Assembly (NCBI RefSeq): GCF_009914755.1
Contig: NC_060932.1
From: the human T2T-CHM13v2.0 reference genome, Homo sapiens
DNA: 64,000 bases
Reading direction: 5' to 3' (one strand)
Part shown: positions 47,501 to 64,000 of the stretch, in pieces
How the letters are laid out: each line of letters begins with the position of its first letter
How positions within the stretch are numbered: position 1 is the first letter of the stretch
The notes under the pieces: model-generated
Database searches by the model: none
Told to the model about the DNA's origin: nothing
The model's input: only the letters and a program-made list of their open reading frames with translations
Made by a program: the position numbers and the translations under genes

Positions 47501-47826
<326 letters not shown>

Positions 47827-48560
47827 CAGAGAAGGGATTTTTTTTTTAACCTTACGTGTTGAATCTTTGCTGTTTGAAATTTGAGTGTTTTACAACGATT
47901 GATGTTATAATCAGGAAGAAACACCATTTCAGTGGGGTTGTGGGGAGTAAATTTCCCATGAAAAGATGACAGCACTGCTGCCACCCGGCTGTGCGACTGA
48001 GGAGCCACGAGAATCTGGGCCCCTGGGCTGGTGGAAGGGCTGACGAGAAGAGGCTGTAGGCAGATGTGCACCCCCATCCCCAAAACCATCCCCACAGGCC
48101 TTGCTGCAATCTGGCCTTCACCTTGAAATCCAGCCCTGTTTATTTCATTAAGTGTTTGCCCAAGGCTCAGTCTCTAGAGAAGCATATTAACTAACTTTTG
48201 TGAATTCTTGCCAATTTGCAGAGCACTTACACATTTTCTTGCATTCATTCATTCCTTCAGAAATGTTCTGAGCCTCTCCTACAAGCCAGGCACTAGGTGC
48301 TGGGGAGACAGAGGCTAAAGAAGCTGCAGTCGGTGGCCCTGGGAGGAGGCCCCCATGCACGGGGGGAAAAGGCCTCTGCCTGCCATGTTGGTGCTTCGTC
48401 CCCGGGGCCAGACAGAGCGCAGAGAGGCCCCAGTCCCAGGCCGGTGGTGTTGCTGGGCTTTAAGAAAGCAAAGACATCAACCAGATGAAGAAGGAAGGTG
48501 CTCCATCAACAGAAGAGCAATCAGCCACCAGAATCCTCAGAGGGCCAGGCCTTATGCTAA

Positions 48561-49748
48561 TGTTACAGGATCTTTGAGGTGTCGCTTTTCTGGCTGGAAA
48601 CCTCTGTGGCCAGTGGCACCTTTGCCCAACATTTTCTCAGGCCTGCTCAGCTTGTTCCACCCACTCATCCTGTGCTCGGCTCACACTACCGGCCTGGATC
48701 CCACACCTGCCAAGAACAACCCAGTCGTGGAGCGGGGACGGGTGTGTGAGCGAGCAAGCGTGGGGTCCGGCCACTGTGCACGGTCAGGCATGCCGGCTGC
48801 TCAGTGGGGCGAGCAGCTCCAGGTGCCGGCACGGGCGCCGGCTCTCTGTGAGGCTGCAGCTAGACCAGGCACACCACAAGCAGCTTCCCCGGTGCCAGCC
48901 TGGAATGCAGTGGCACCTGGAAGCTCAGAGATGCCAGGAATCACAGGGCCTCAAAGAGGGAGTCACAGCCCTGGCTCAGAGAGCTGCCAGGTTTGGGCCC
49001 CCTGAAGGACCACAGCTCTTCTCTCCTTCTCTTTGTCCACAATGTGGTGAACAAGGGGCAAGTTTCTGCCCTGTTTGTGTTACAGCTTTTCTTGCCTCAC
49101 CATTTGGTAGGCCCCGAGCTCTTGCCCTGCAACTAGGAAGAACGAGGCACACAGACACGTGGACGGTGAGCAAGACGAAGAGGAGCTTTATTGAGCAGTA
49201 GAACAGCTCAGAGACTCATTGCGGGTAGCTCCTTTCTACAGCCAGAGTGTCCCAATGAGTGTTCAGCCCTCAGCAGAGAAGAAGAGGCCCTGGGGTGGGT
49301 GACTCTTCTCTGCTGGCAGGTCATCCAGTTTTCTCTGTAGCTCTTAGCAGAGAGGAGGCCCTGGAGTGGATTGTTCCCATCTCCAGGTAGGTCATCCCTG
49401 GAGTGGGAAGCTCCTCCCTACTGTTGGTCATTCTGACGTTTTCTAGCTATCAGCAGAGAGGGTAGCTCCTCTCTGCAGCTGGTCCTCCAGTCATCTCCCC
49501 TGCTCTGGCTGAACTGGCCCCAGAGGAGGATAGTGTATGCCGATTTGTTCATGGGCAGCCATGGGCGGGCACAGGAAAAAGCACCACGAGTTCCCCATCC
49601 AGTCCACAGGACTGGCAGCCTGAAGGTAGGGTCTCACCGGGGACCCAGCCCCTTCCACCCAGGAACCTGTTTGCCTGCTGCCACCCTCCATGGCACCCAG
49701 GCTGCTTGTATCAAGGAGCATCTGCAGGCCAGCATTGAGCCGCCCTCA
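48561..49748 (-). mobile_element. MER52-family ERV1 LTR
   Basis: TGTTACAGGATCTTTGAGGTGTCGC...GGAAACCTCTGTGGCC; minus-strand AATAAA at 49187-49192; internal CAGCAGAGAGG repeats; flanked by ctaa on both sides. Confidence 0.8.
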
Positions 49749-51899
49749 CTAAGACGTGAGATCCCTCCTCATTTAATCTCAAAGGTACAATATCAGCTTG
49801 CCAAGGTACAACCATCATTATCCCTATTCCATGGGAAAGGATAGATTGGCAAGCATGGGAAGTGGAACAGGAGCTGGGAAGAGGCATTTTGGTTCACAGC
49901 AACGGGGAAAGAGGCCCTGCTGGTTCCACTGAGGCCCCTGCAGTGCCCTGGTCTCCCTCCTACACCTGCTTCCACCTCTGGGCTTGAGAAGATCATTCAG
50001 AACCGGCTCCAATGCCTGGACTAACCAAGGTGCATTCCCAACCCAGTGTCTTCCAGGCTTCCTGACTCCACTGGCCTCCCTTTACCTTCCATGACCAGAC
50101 ACCACACACATGGAATGAAGTATTCTAGACTCCATGCCATCCCAGGCAGATGGATCTCCCTCAGAGTCCCCTGAACAAACGAGGCTCATGTGCACTTCCA
50201 CCCTCTCTGTTCATGCTGTTCCCCTGCCTGGTGCTGCTCCTGCACAGCTCTATGTGCAAAGTAGAAGATGCAAACACCACCTCCGCCGTAGAACTGTATT
50301 AGTGTGTTCCCACCTGGACTAATCTCTTTTCAGACTGCCTTGGATACACCCACAGAATTCAAGTGCTTAATTGTTCTTCAGTGATTTCTGTGTGTGTGTG
50401 TGTATGTGTAAACAACTAAACTGCCAATCCCTGAGAGCAGGAACATGCCCCTGTTCCCATCAAGCATCCCATATTTCCCAGTCCACACCAGTCACAAAAC
50501 AGGAATTCTCTATGTGTATCCCTGTGGCTGCAGCCTCCAACTCCCACGCTGCCCCCAAAGGGCTCCCTGCTAGACCTAGAGCTCCCTAAGCCTGCATTCT
50601 CCAAGGCTGGATATTTAGGAAGTGGTCAATATCTACATGTGAAATGATCCTTAAGTCCTGTGTTAATGGCTCTTGTATCACTGACTGGCACCATCACCTC
50701 CTTGTCCATCTCTCCTTTCCCCATCCCCTGCCACCTCCTGAAGGCACCCAGCGGACGGACAGAGAACTCAGGGACTGAGTTTCCATCTGTGTCTCAGAAA
50801 CCAAGCAAGGGCTCCAGACCAGAGGGCTGTATGGTGGCTCCAGGAACCTAGAACACTTATTTCCTGGCCCTGAGACCCTGGGAGGGGGAAATCCTCACCC
50901 CAGAAGGCACCCTGTGCCCCCGTCTGGGCCTTCCCAAACACAGTGCAGGGAGCTAGGACTCCTTAGGGAGCCTGTCCTTCAGAAAAATGACTCAGGGAGG
51001 TGGCCACAGCGCCTGGGGGCCTCCACAACAAAAAATGGGTCACTATGGGGGGGAAAAAGTGGTTAAAAAAAGAAAAGATCTGTTTCTGGAACCTGGTCTC
51101 AGTGCTGGCTGGGAGCTGAATAGGGTCCCCTGAGGGAGTTTCCAGAATCTCGTGGTTTTCTCTCCCAGAATCTCGTAAACCATCAGGTCTCCAGCCCGGG
51201 ACCCCCACAGCCACAGTGAGCCCTGAGTGGAAACGGGGGACACCTGAGAGCCCTTCTCCCTGCCTGCTGCAACCCAACCAGTCACCCAGAGCGAGTGCTG
51301 GGCCCCTGGAGAGGGGCTGTGGGGCTGTGTGGGCTGCCTCTCTCGGCTTTCTAGGTTGTTTCTAAACTGCTCCATTCCTGTTAAGTAGGACACACCAGGG
51401 AGGAGGGCGCTGAGCTCCGGGAGGGGCAGGGCAGGACTCACAGAGACGGTGACAGGAACCTCAGGACTCCAGGCTAGGAAAGGGTCTCTTGGGGTCCTCT
51501 AGAGGCAGAATCCTTCAGGCAAGACCCAGAAAGGGAGAGGGCTTGTCCTGGGCCACCGCACTCATGCGTGGTGGGAGCGGGGCTAACGACCACTGCACAC
51601 AGCTCTGGCGTTCTTGGTGCACGTGGAGGAGAGAGCTGGCTGGGAAGCCACAACACCCAGGCCAGCACCAGGATCAGCCATGGGCAGAGGCCTCAGTCTT
51701 TTCATCTCTAAAATGGAAATAAGAATATCTCCTTCGTGGTTGTTGTGAGAACTGAATGAAACTCCGTCTGTAAAAGATGTTCGTGTGCAAGACTGAATAT
51801 TCCATACAAATGGAAGATACTTTTATTATTCCAAGCCGTGGTCTTCTGTTGATACCCCAAACTGGCCATGTGCTGACAAATGCTAAAGTAGGGTGGGGT

Positions 51900-52259
51900 T
51901 GCACTAAAGACTCAATGTTTTTGTCCCCCCAAAATTCATATGTTGAAATCCTCACCTCTGAGGCGATGGTGTTAGGAAGTGGGGCTTGGGGGGGTGATGA
52001 GGTCATGAGGGATGAACTCTGAGGAATGGGATTAGTGTCCTTATTAAATAGGCCTCAGAGATATTTCTCACTCTTTTAATCGTGAGGACACAGCAAGAAG
52101 ACAGTTGTCCATGAACCAGGAAGGGTCCCCACCAGACACTGGTTCTGCTGGCGCTGTGATCTTGGACTTTCAGTTTCCAGAACTGTAAGAAATAAATGTG
52201 TTGTTTAAGCCGCCCAGTCTACGGTATTTTTATTATAGCAGCCCTAACGGAATTAGACA
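51900..52259 (+). mobile_element. MLT1A-like solo LTR
   Basis: CCCCAAAATTCATATGTTGAAATCCT ... CCAGAACTGTAAGAAATAAAT ... TTAGACA. Confidence 0.88.
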
Positions 52260-52326
52260 GGGTGGGGGTTTGTGATACTATTCTTTCTACTTTTGTCTAT
52301 GTGCGAAATCTTCCAAAACAGAAAGT

Positions 52327-53831
<1,505 letters not shown>

Positions 53832-54179
53832 TCACAGAGACCGAAGGACTAGTTTTAGAGTCAAATTCTGGCCAAACTCCACACTCTGCCCTGTGTGCTT
53901 AGCCCACTCCCAGTGGGCCTGGCTTTTCTCCAGCCTGAAGCCACCTATAGCGAAAGACCAGTTTCCTTTCCCTTTTTTGTGTCTGAGCACAGTTCCAGTG
54001 AGTCGGGGCCATCAAACTCTTCAGTGCACAGCGTGTTGTTAGATTGTGTCTGGTCCCTGCAAGACCCCTCGTGTTTTCTGTCTTTTTCCATTCATCACTG
54101 TCCATGCCCTGAATCTATCTCCTTTCTGGACATACATTGATGTTTGTAAATTGCCTAGAAGGGTGTCTAAAACACAGGA

Positions 54180-55870
<1,691 letters not shown>

Positions 55871-56089
55871 GGAAGCAGTGTTAGAAATATGTTTCTATTC
55901 TCCAAGGTGATGTAGAGAATCTAAGCAGCTTTGGGACCACACGTGTTGGAGGTTGATTTCATGTCTTGGGGTGACAAAGAGGAAGAGGGGACAGAGAAGG
56001 AGGAGGAGGAGGAAGGAGAAAGTGGTTTTCCATGCTGGTATATTGTTTCAGTCCATCAACAAAGGATCCAACTGCCCACCAGTCCATAG

Positions 56090-56592
<503 letters not shown>

Positions 56593-59134
56593 CACATGAA
56601 ACCGACTCACCACCCCAGTGAGAATGGTGCCATCACCTTGGGCAGGGCTTGGCTGCAGAAACATAAATCCAGCTTTTCAAAGAACATTAAATCCAACTGG
56701 CCACCCAAAGTCCCCATCTCTACACCTGAATGAAGGCCAGCTCGCACCTCCAGGGCCCAGACCAGGATAGCCAGAGAGCAGCAGTGAAGGAGGCCCTCCC
56801 TCTGAGGGCTGTGCCAGCGCAGGGTCTGCACCTGCTCCTTAAATGCTACACCCTTGAGGTCTCGAGTGCCTCCCCCAGCCCTGACACAGCCCTGCTCACC
56901 CCACCTCCTGTTCCAGACCACTGACAAACATAACACGTTGCATTCTATCACTTTATTCGTTTTCAATATTAGCATCCCACACATTATCTAATTAAATTCT
57001 CATGACAACCCCAGGGATTGTCCACCCCATATGACAGATAGGAACACGGAGGTCCGGAAGGCCCTGCAGCCAGTTAGGAAGAACCTCCTTCCCCTTGCCT
57101 CCTAAGCCAGGCCCCATGCTCCAGGCCCAAAGCAAGCACCTGCATGACCTCTGCCATGCCTCCACACAGCCCTCAGCTTCTCAGTTCCTTCCCATCTCCA
57201 GCCGGGGTCACTTCCATTGTCTCATTTGCATTCTCCCCAAAGCTCTTTGAAAGGGATTGTTGTGACTATCATTCCCATTTCATAATAGAGGACATTGACT
57301 TCAGAGAAGCCAAGAGCCTTGCCCGAGGCCGCCAAGCTCTTAGTCACTGCACAGGCTGTAGACTGCAGCCATCCTGGCCCACTGTCATCAATGCAAACAG
57401 CTCGGCTTCCCTCCTCTATGCACCTGCCTCCAGGTCCTTCTCTCGTCTCTAACTGCAGGCTTGTCATGGCTCAGCCCATCTCCTCCAGGAAGCCTTCCAG
57501 AGGGCCCTGAGCTTCTCCCTCTTCACCTGTTTCTAACTCCTCCATGTGGACTTTTCTGAGTACCACCAGACTGTGCATTCCATGCAGTAGACACCTGTCC
57601 ATCTCCTCCTCCCCTGTATCCGTGGGTGAATGCAGCACAGGCTCTGGCTTGGGTGGCCTGTTTCCCACCTGCTGTGCTTCACCCCCTCTCGTACAACTCT
57701 CTACAGTAGCAGAGCTGGTTCTGATTCACTTCATCAGGCAATGCTGTGAAGGGGAGGGAATCCAACCCAGCAGCTGCAGTACAGGCAGGTCCCTGACTAC
57801 CTTCCACAAAAGATCTTCTCCTCCCTCCAGGTGATCCCTCTGCTCATCCCTGGATGTGGCCAGTCCCCTATTACAATTGCCCGGGACCTCAGAGGTAGGA
57901 CTGAAGGGGAGGGGTGCAGGGCTGGCTTCCCTAGGAAGACACCACTACCAGGAAAAGCAGAGATGCACCGGGAGGGCTCGGACCCAGGGTCTGTACCTGG
58001 GGAGCAGCCATGGGGGATAAAGCACAAAACTAAACCTGTCCCTGTCACTCTTACCCCTCCCCAACCTTTTGCCTCAGTGGCATCATATAAAGGGAGTATT
58101 AAACTCTGTCTCAAAGCAAAAGAGGATCTGCCCAAGGATGACCTGGGATGGGGACGAGGGGATAGAGGAGTTAAGGCAAATGCCTATAAGTACATACCTC
58201 ACGAGTGTCCACATACATACACATACAAACACACATTAGGCCTTTTGTGTTCATACCCTCACCCCCAGTTCTGGCTCTCCAATTTACCTGGTCAGTCCTG
58301 GAAACAGCTCCGCAGAGGGGGCCATTGAGCACCTGGGAAACAGCCTGCAGCCATGATTGCAGAAACAGGTCAAGGGTACTGGGGCCAGGAGGGCAGGAGA
58401 AAGGCTCTTAGGGCCAAAGAAAGATAGAGCCGAATGCAACCAAGCATTCTAGGGAGAAATCACCAAGGATGCACCTGGATAATAAGATGCAAATTGCCAG
58501 GGCTAGGAGTGAAGGAGATGCTTATATGCAAATGAGCATACCCAACCTCCATCCACATTAAGCTCAATTATATTTTTTAACCCCTTTTGACAGAATTCAT
58601 CCTCAAGCGAAGGGGGCAGGGAGCAGTGCTCTCCATTCAAATGGGAAACTGAGACAGCCCAAGTGGGCTACAGGAAAGCAACCAAGTACCCGAGCTCAAG
58701 GGAATCCAGACTCCATCCCAGAGCCTCCCCACCTCCATCAGGAATCTGCTCTCAGCCTGAGATGCGTGGATACAGATGAGCACCTACCTAAAGGGCCAGG
58801 CCTGCATTAGGTTGCAGGAGTGTGGGACCTGAAGAATGCAAGGACCAGGAAGAGGAACCAGGAAGAAATCAGAAATAAAAGAAAGAAAGAAAGAAAGAAA
58901 GGAATAAAGTAGTAAAAGATAACAAAGAAGTGGATGGAGACAGGCAAAAGAAGCAGAGGCACCTAGAGCAGTGTCTCAGGTAAACCAGCTTGCTTGTAGT
59001 GCAGCATCTCAGAGGGATTTTGCATAGAAAGAGAAAGACATGGGTTCTAATCTTGTTTCTGCAATAGGTGTGTGAACTTGGGCAAATCACTTAACCGCTT
59101 GAACCTTGGTTTTAGTATCTATAAAGAAGGAGAG

Positions 59135-59479
<345 letters not shown>

Positions 59480-60539
59480 TTAAAAAGGACGATGCATTAT
59501 TTCTAACCGGGGAATCAACTCGGAAGTTGGGGCCAGAAGGGAAGCACTTTCTCCCAGTGATTAGGTGTGTTGGGGTGTGCTGTGCTTTCTTTCTAATGTT
59601 TTCCACCTCTTGAGTTTCCATACCTGATGATTTGGGGGCGAGGTCAACCCTGAATGGCCTCAGAATCAGGAAACTTGGCTTCTGCCCAGGCTGTGCACCA
59701 GTCACCTGAAGGGCCTTGGGTGAGTTACTTCCTCTCTCTGGTCCTTTGCTGTCCTATGTGCAAAATGAGAACGTTGCACTGGATGGTCTCCAGCACACAT
59801 TACAGAGGCCTGCTTTTTCTGCATAGCAGAGACTCCTGCTGAACCCTTGGTTGCTGGGTGACTCAATTTGTGTTTGGTTTTAGTTTCTGCTGCTTTAGCG
59901 AGAAATTCTCCTCTCAAATGGAGGAATGGGAAGCATTTTCACTTCCCCCTCAAAGAAGGAAGGATGGGCCTTTGTGCTTCTAAGAACTGGGCCTTTCTTG
60001 CCCTGGAAAGTGGGTAAACAGGTCTTTGTCATTGACACAGGAGCAGAGTCCTTTCTGTCTGGCTCTGAAATCCTGCCATGGGAGAAAAACTGGAGGCTTC
60101 AGGCACTTGTGGAGAAGGTGGGATAAAAACAGAGGCAGAGGAGGGGGAAATGGAGGCAGGAAGTGGGAGGAGGGACGCTAGGTATGCGTTTGGACCCCTG
60201 GGCCCCTCCCCCATAGTGCTCCAGAATAGACTGTGGTCCAGAAAATGCCAAGTCTGGTAGACCCAGTCTAGGGGTACTAAAGGGACACCATGCAAGCACC
60301 CCAGCTTAGCGTGGAAATAGAGAACTCCACCCAGTCACACAACGGGGCTTATCTCTGCCAGCAGCACAGCACTGCTGTGAGCTGGAGCCTGTCTTGCTGG
60401 TAACCACAGACCTCACCCACTAAGCTTCTAGCTGTTGCTCAAGACACTGCTCTAAACATAAGCACTGCTGCACGAGAGTGATTCAGATTCACGCTGGCCC
60501 CCAGCATCAGGCATAGACTTTCCACTCTCACCTTAAAGC

Positions 60540-60746
60540 CACAGTTCTTCACCTTGGCACTACTGACGTTTTCAGCCAGATATTTCTTGGTTGTAGGGCC
60601 ATCCCATGCGCTGTGGGATGTTTAGTGGCATCCCTGGCCTCTACCCACTTGCTAATAGCAAGCCCCCAGATGTGACACCAAAAATGTCTCCAGATATTGC
60701 TGAATGTCCCCTGGGAGGCAAAATCTTCCCCAGTTGAGAATCACTG
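60540..60746 (+). mobile_element. MER20 MITE
   Basis: GATGTTTAGTGGCATCCCTGGCCTCTACCCAC; AAAAATGTCTCCAGATATTGC; GTTGAGAATCACTG. Confidence 0.88.
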
Positions 60747-60805
60747 CCTTAAACATTCAGAGAGGACACAGTTCAGAAAAGAAGTAGGTTGGAACTACTA
60801 CCACT

Positions 60806-61098
60806 GGCCAGGCGCAGTGGCTCATGCCTGTAATCCCAGAGGCTGAGGCAGGCGAATCACGAGGTCAGGAGTTTGAGACCAGCCTGGCCAACATGGCGAA
60901 ATCCCATCTCTACTAAAAATACGAAAAATTAGCTGGGCGTAGTGGTGGGCACCCGTAATCCCAGCTACTCAGGAGGCTGAGGCAGGAGAATTGCTTGAAC
61001 CTGGGAGGAAGAGGTTGCAGTGAGCCAAGATTGCCCCCCTGCACTCCAGCCTGGGTGACAGAGTGAGACTCCATCTCAAAAAATCAAAAATAAAAAGA
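60806..61098 (+). mobile_element. AluSg-like
   Basis: TSD agaagtaggttg; 10-bp deletion in the left arm. Confidence 0.94.
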
Positions 61099-62243
61099 AG
61101 AAGTAGGTTGTACTCCCGACCCCAAGAAAGGTACAGACATTTGCTGTTGCAGGTTTTCTCTCCCCCAACCCTCCCAGACCCACGTTATCTAAAACCAGGA
61201 CAATTGACACATTTTTGAGGGATGATTAAAATCATGCTTCTCTTGGGTACCATCACTCACTGCAATGAACTTTGAAAGACCTCATGATGGAATCAACTGG
61301 TAGAATCCGCGAGCCTCAGACACAAAACATGCTGGAATCCTACCCACGGGCCAGCAGGGAGAGGAGGACAATTTTGGATCTGAGAGAAGGGACTCAGATG
61401 TAGAGCTGCCACTACTCCACTCCTGGGCTCAAATCACAGAGCCCAATTTGAGTCCAATCAAGCTACAGCTGATAGACATGAGTCCAGCAGATCCGGTCTC
61501 CCAGTGGGAGTCCACTGATTTCAGAGAGCTCTGCCTGTGTTTAAGCAGAATCCTAGCCAGTGCCTGCAGGTGCAGAAAACAGCCCTGGCTTTCACAGAGC
61601 TAGCAAAAGTTACCCAGAGAGACAGATTTCCAACCAGCAAGGCTAGGATTCAGGAGGGCGTCCTCCCAGTGAGGAGCTGAACTGCAAGCCAAGAACCACA
61701 GCCAGACCACTGGACCAGTTATGCCCAGTCGAGCTTGCAGGAGGGCCAGAGCTCATGGGCACCTGGGGATACCAAGGACCCACCTAGGACACACATGCTG
61801 ACAGTGGAGGAGCTGCTAATGTTCTTGGTTGCTCCCAGATTCAGCGACTGGATCCAGTTGGAAGGACAGGGCCTGGCACCTGGCTGAAGAGCTGCAGCAC
61901 TTACATCTCTGAGCCATGCCATCAGTCTCGACACTGCAGTCTGGGGATTTCCTGGTTGACAAATTGCCCATGCCCCTTTAATGTGGAATTCACAATAAAG
62001 TCCTCCATAGTTGTCTCTTCCCTAAATCAAGCTTGACAGTTATAGAGCCCAAGGAAAGGCCCACTATGGGAGGCTGCTGGATGCAGCAAGAGACAGCATG
62101 CCATGATGTAAGCGGTAGAAACAACCTGGGCTTTGGACTCAGAGAAGCTGCATTCAGTTCCCATCTCAGCCGTGCACAGCTGTTTGGCCTACAGCAAGTA
62201 ACTTAGCCTCTCCGAGCCTCAAGGTTCCTCTGTATAAAATGGA

Positions 62244-62584
<341 letters not shown>

Positions 62585-63087
62585 TCAAAAGACATTGAGA
62601 TGAAATGGGGTGAAATCATGAAGTTTTGGCACAGCACTCAGCACACGAAGAGTCCTCAACAACTGTGCTTTATTCTTAAGACAACCCCAGCTCTCAGGTA
62701 TTACAGGAGTGGCCTCTGCTGTCCCCATGACACAGTGCGCAGAGAGCATGGACTGGCCCAGGCAGCAGGGCTCAGGGAGCACCGGCTCCAGATGTCTGCA
62801 TCTGCATCCAAAGACAGCAACCCCAGCTCAGGGCACACCCACACTCCTTGCAGCTTTGGAGGCTCAGAGAGCAGATTCCTCCAGAGAAAGGACAACTCTA
62901 AGTGCACTCACTGTGCTGACCTCATGAGGGAGGTGCAGCCCACATCACCTGGAATTCCCAGGTCTTTATTTTTACCTGTCAGCGAAGCTGTGAGATGTGC
63001 ACTTGAGAACCTACGCAGCATTCCCCGTGGTGCGGCTCCCGGGTGGCTGTCAGCTGGATCCAGGGCCGGTCAAGAATCATCGAGCAT

Positions 63088-63383
63088 GGCTGGGCGTGGT
63101 GGCTCACATCTGTAATCCCAGCACTTTGGGAGGCCAGGGCAGGCGGATCACTTGAGGTCAGGAGTTCATGACCGGCATGGCCAACATGGTGAAACCCCAT
63201 CTCTAGTAAAAGTACAAAAATTAGCCAGGTGTGGCTGTAATCTCAGCTACTCAGGACGCGGAGGCAAGAGAATCACTTGAACCTGGGAGGCGGAGGTTGC
63301 AGTGAGCCGAGATCACACCACTACACCACACTCCAGCCTGGGCTACAGCGCGAGACCCTGTCTCTAAAAAATAAAAATAAAAA
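63088..63383 (+). mobile_element. AluSx/Sz
   Basis: TSD aagaatcatcgagcat / aggaatcatcaagcat. Confidence 0.94.
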
Positions 63384-64000
63384 GGAATCATCAAGCATGC
63401 CCTCCCAGGGCTCTCCCCACCACCCTTTGGCACAGCAGCTGAGGGCCAGCATGCACATTCCAGACTGCAGTGCCCAAGGTGCTCCCGTTGCCAGCAGCAA
63501 CCTCAGACCTGCAAGGTGACACCCTCTAGGAGAAGCCATGTGGGCAGAGCTAAAGCTTCTGGGGAAGAAATCAGAGGCGTGGGTTTGCCTTACAACAGCC
63601 CAGCCAGGGCCAATGCCAGCAGATTTCTTTAAATGTCCTCTGAAAAAATAGGCATTTGGGAGGAAAGTCAGGGCGAAGGCTGCTTTGCGGTAGACACCCA
63701 CTGCTCACCTTCCTTCCTTTCATAACATTCATCAAGCCTTCTTGTTTACGACCTGTCTCCACCAATCAGCTGTGAGCTCCGTGAGGGCATGGACCATGTC
63801 TGACTTGTTCTTTGCTGTATCCTCAGCACTTACCTGTGATGTTTGATGAATGAATAAATAAATATCTTCAGAATACAGAATGTTGAAGTGGTTTGGAAAA
63901 GATAAAGCATGAAATATCTTTAAGTTAGGTGACCTGAAAATATTGCAGAAACCCAATGAGTCTTGTTGATGCTAATGATGCCTCATGGTTTACTTTGTGG

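Noticed and set aside
47970-47995. CTCF-like word TGCTGCCACCCGGCTG (and another near 42886)
   Set aside because: Mismatches at core positions; cannot be supported without PWM scoring or ChIP data.
48355-49201. 216-aa and 151-aa ORFs
   Set aside because: Mostly inside the GC-rich MER52-like LTR, with no gag, pol or env motifs.

Overview
Primate (human/hominoid-type) non-genic DNA, intergenic or deep-intronic. I recognise no intact protein-coding gene, rRNA, tRNA or CRISPR array, and I cannot name the locus. Transposons dominate: about 36 Alu/FLAM copies, one full-length but dead L1PA3-like LINE-1 (27537-33577), two short L1PA 3' fragments, several MaLR solo LTRs (MLT1/MST), a MER52-like ERV1 LTR, DNA-transposon MITEs (MER47A, MER58B, MER5A, MER20, MER103C-like), old MIR/L2/L3/L1M relics and microsatellites. 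Most long ORFs in the track come from L1, Alu, LTR or low-complexity sequence. Leads not explained by ordinary repeats: (i) a possible decayed coding exon at 26004-26728; (ii) homeodomain-motif clusters, one with a perfect 20-bp palindrome, and a CpG-rich NF-kB/E2F/SP1 patch; (iii) several local templated-copy or fold-back scars, the clearest a ~213-bp inverted copy inside an MLT1 LTR; (iv) nested insertion series that can be ordered in time, including a MER58B stretched over 7.4 kb. None of this establishes a new biological system. Repeat families were called by eye from recalled consensus sequences, and boundaries are approximate.
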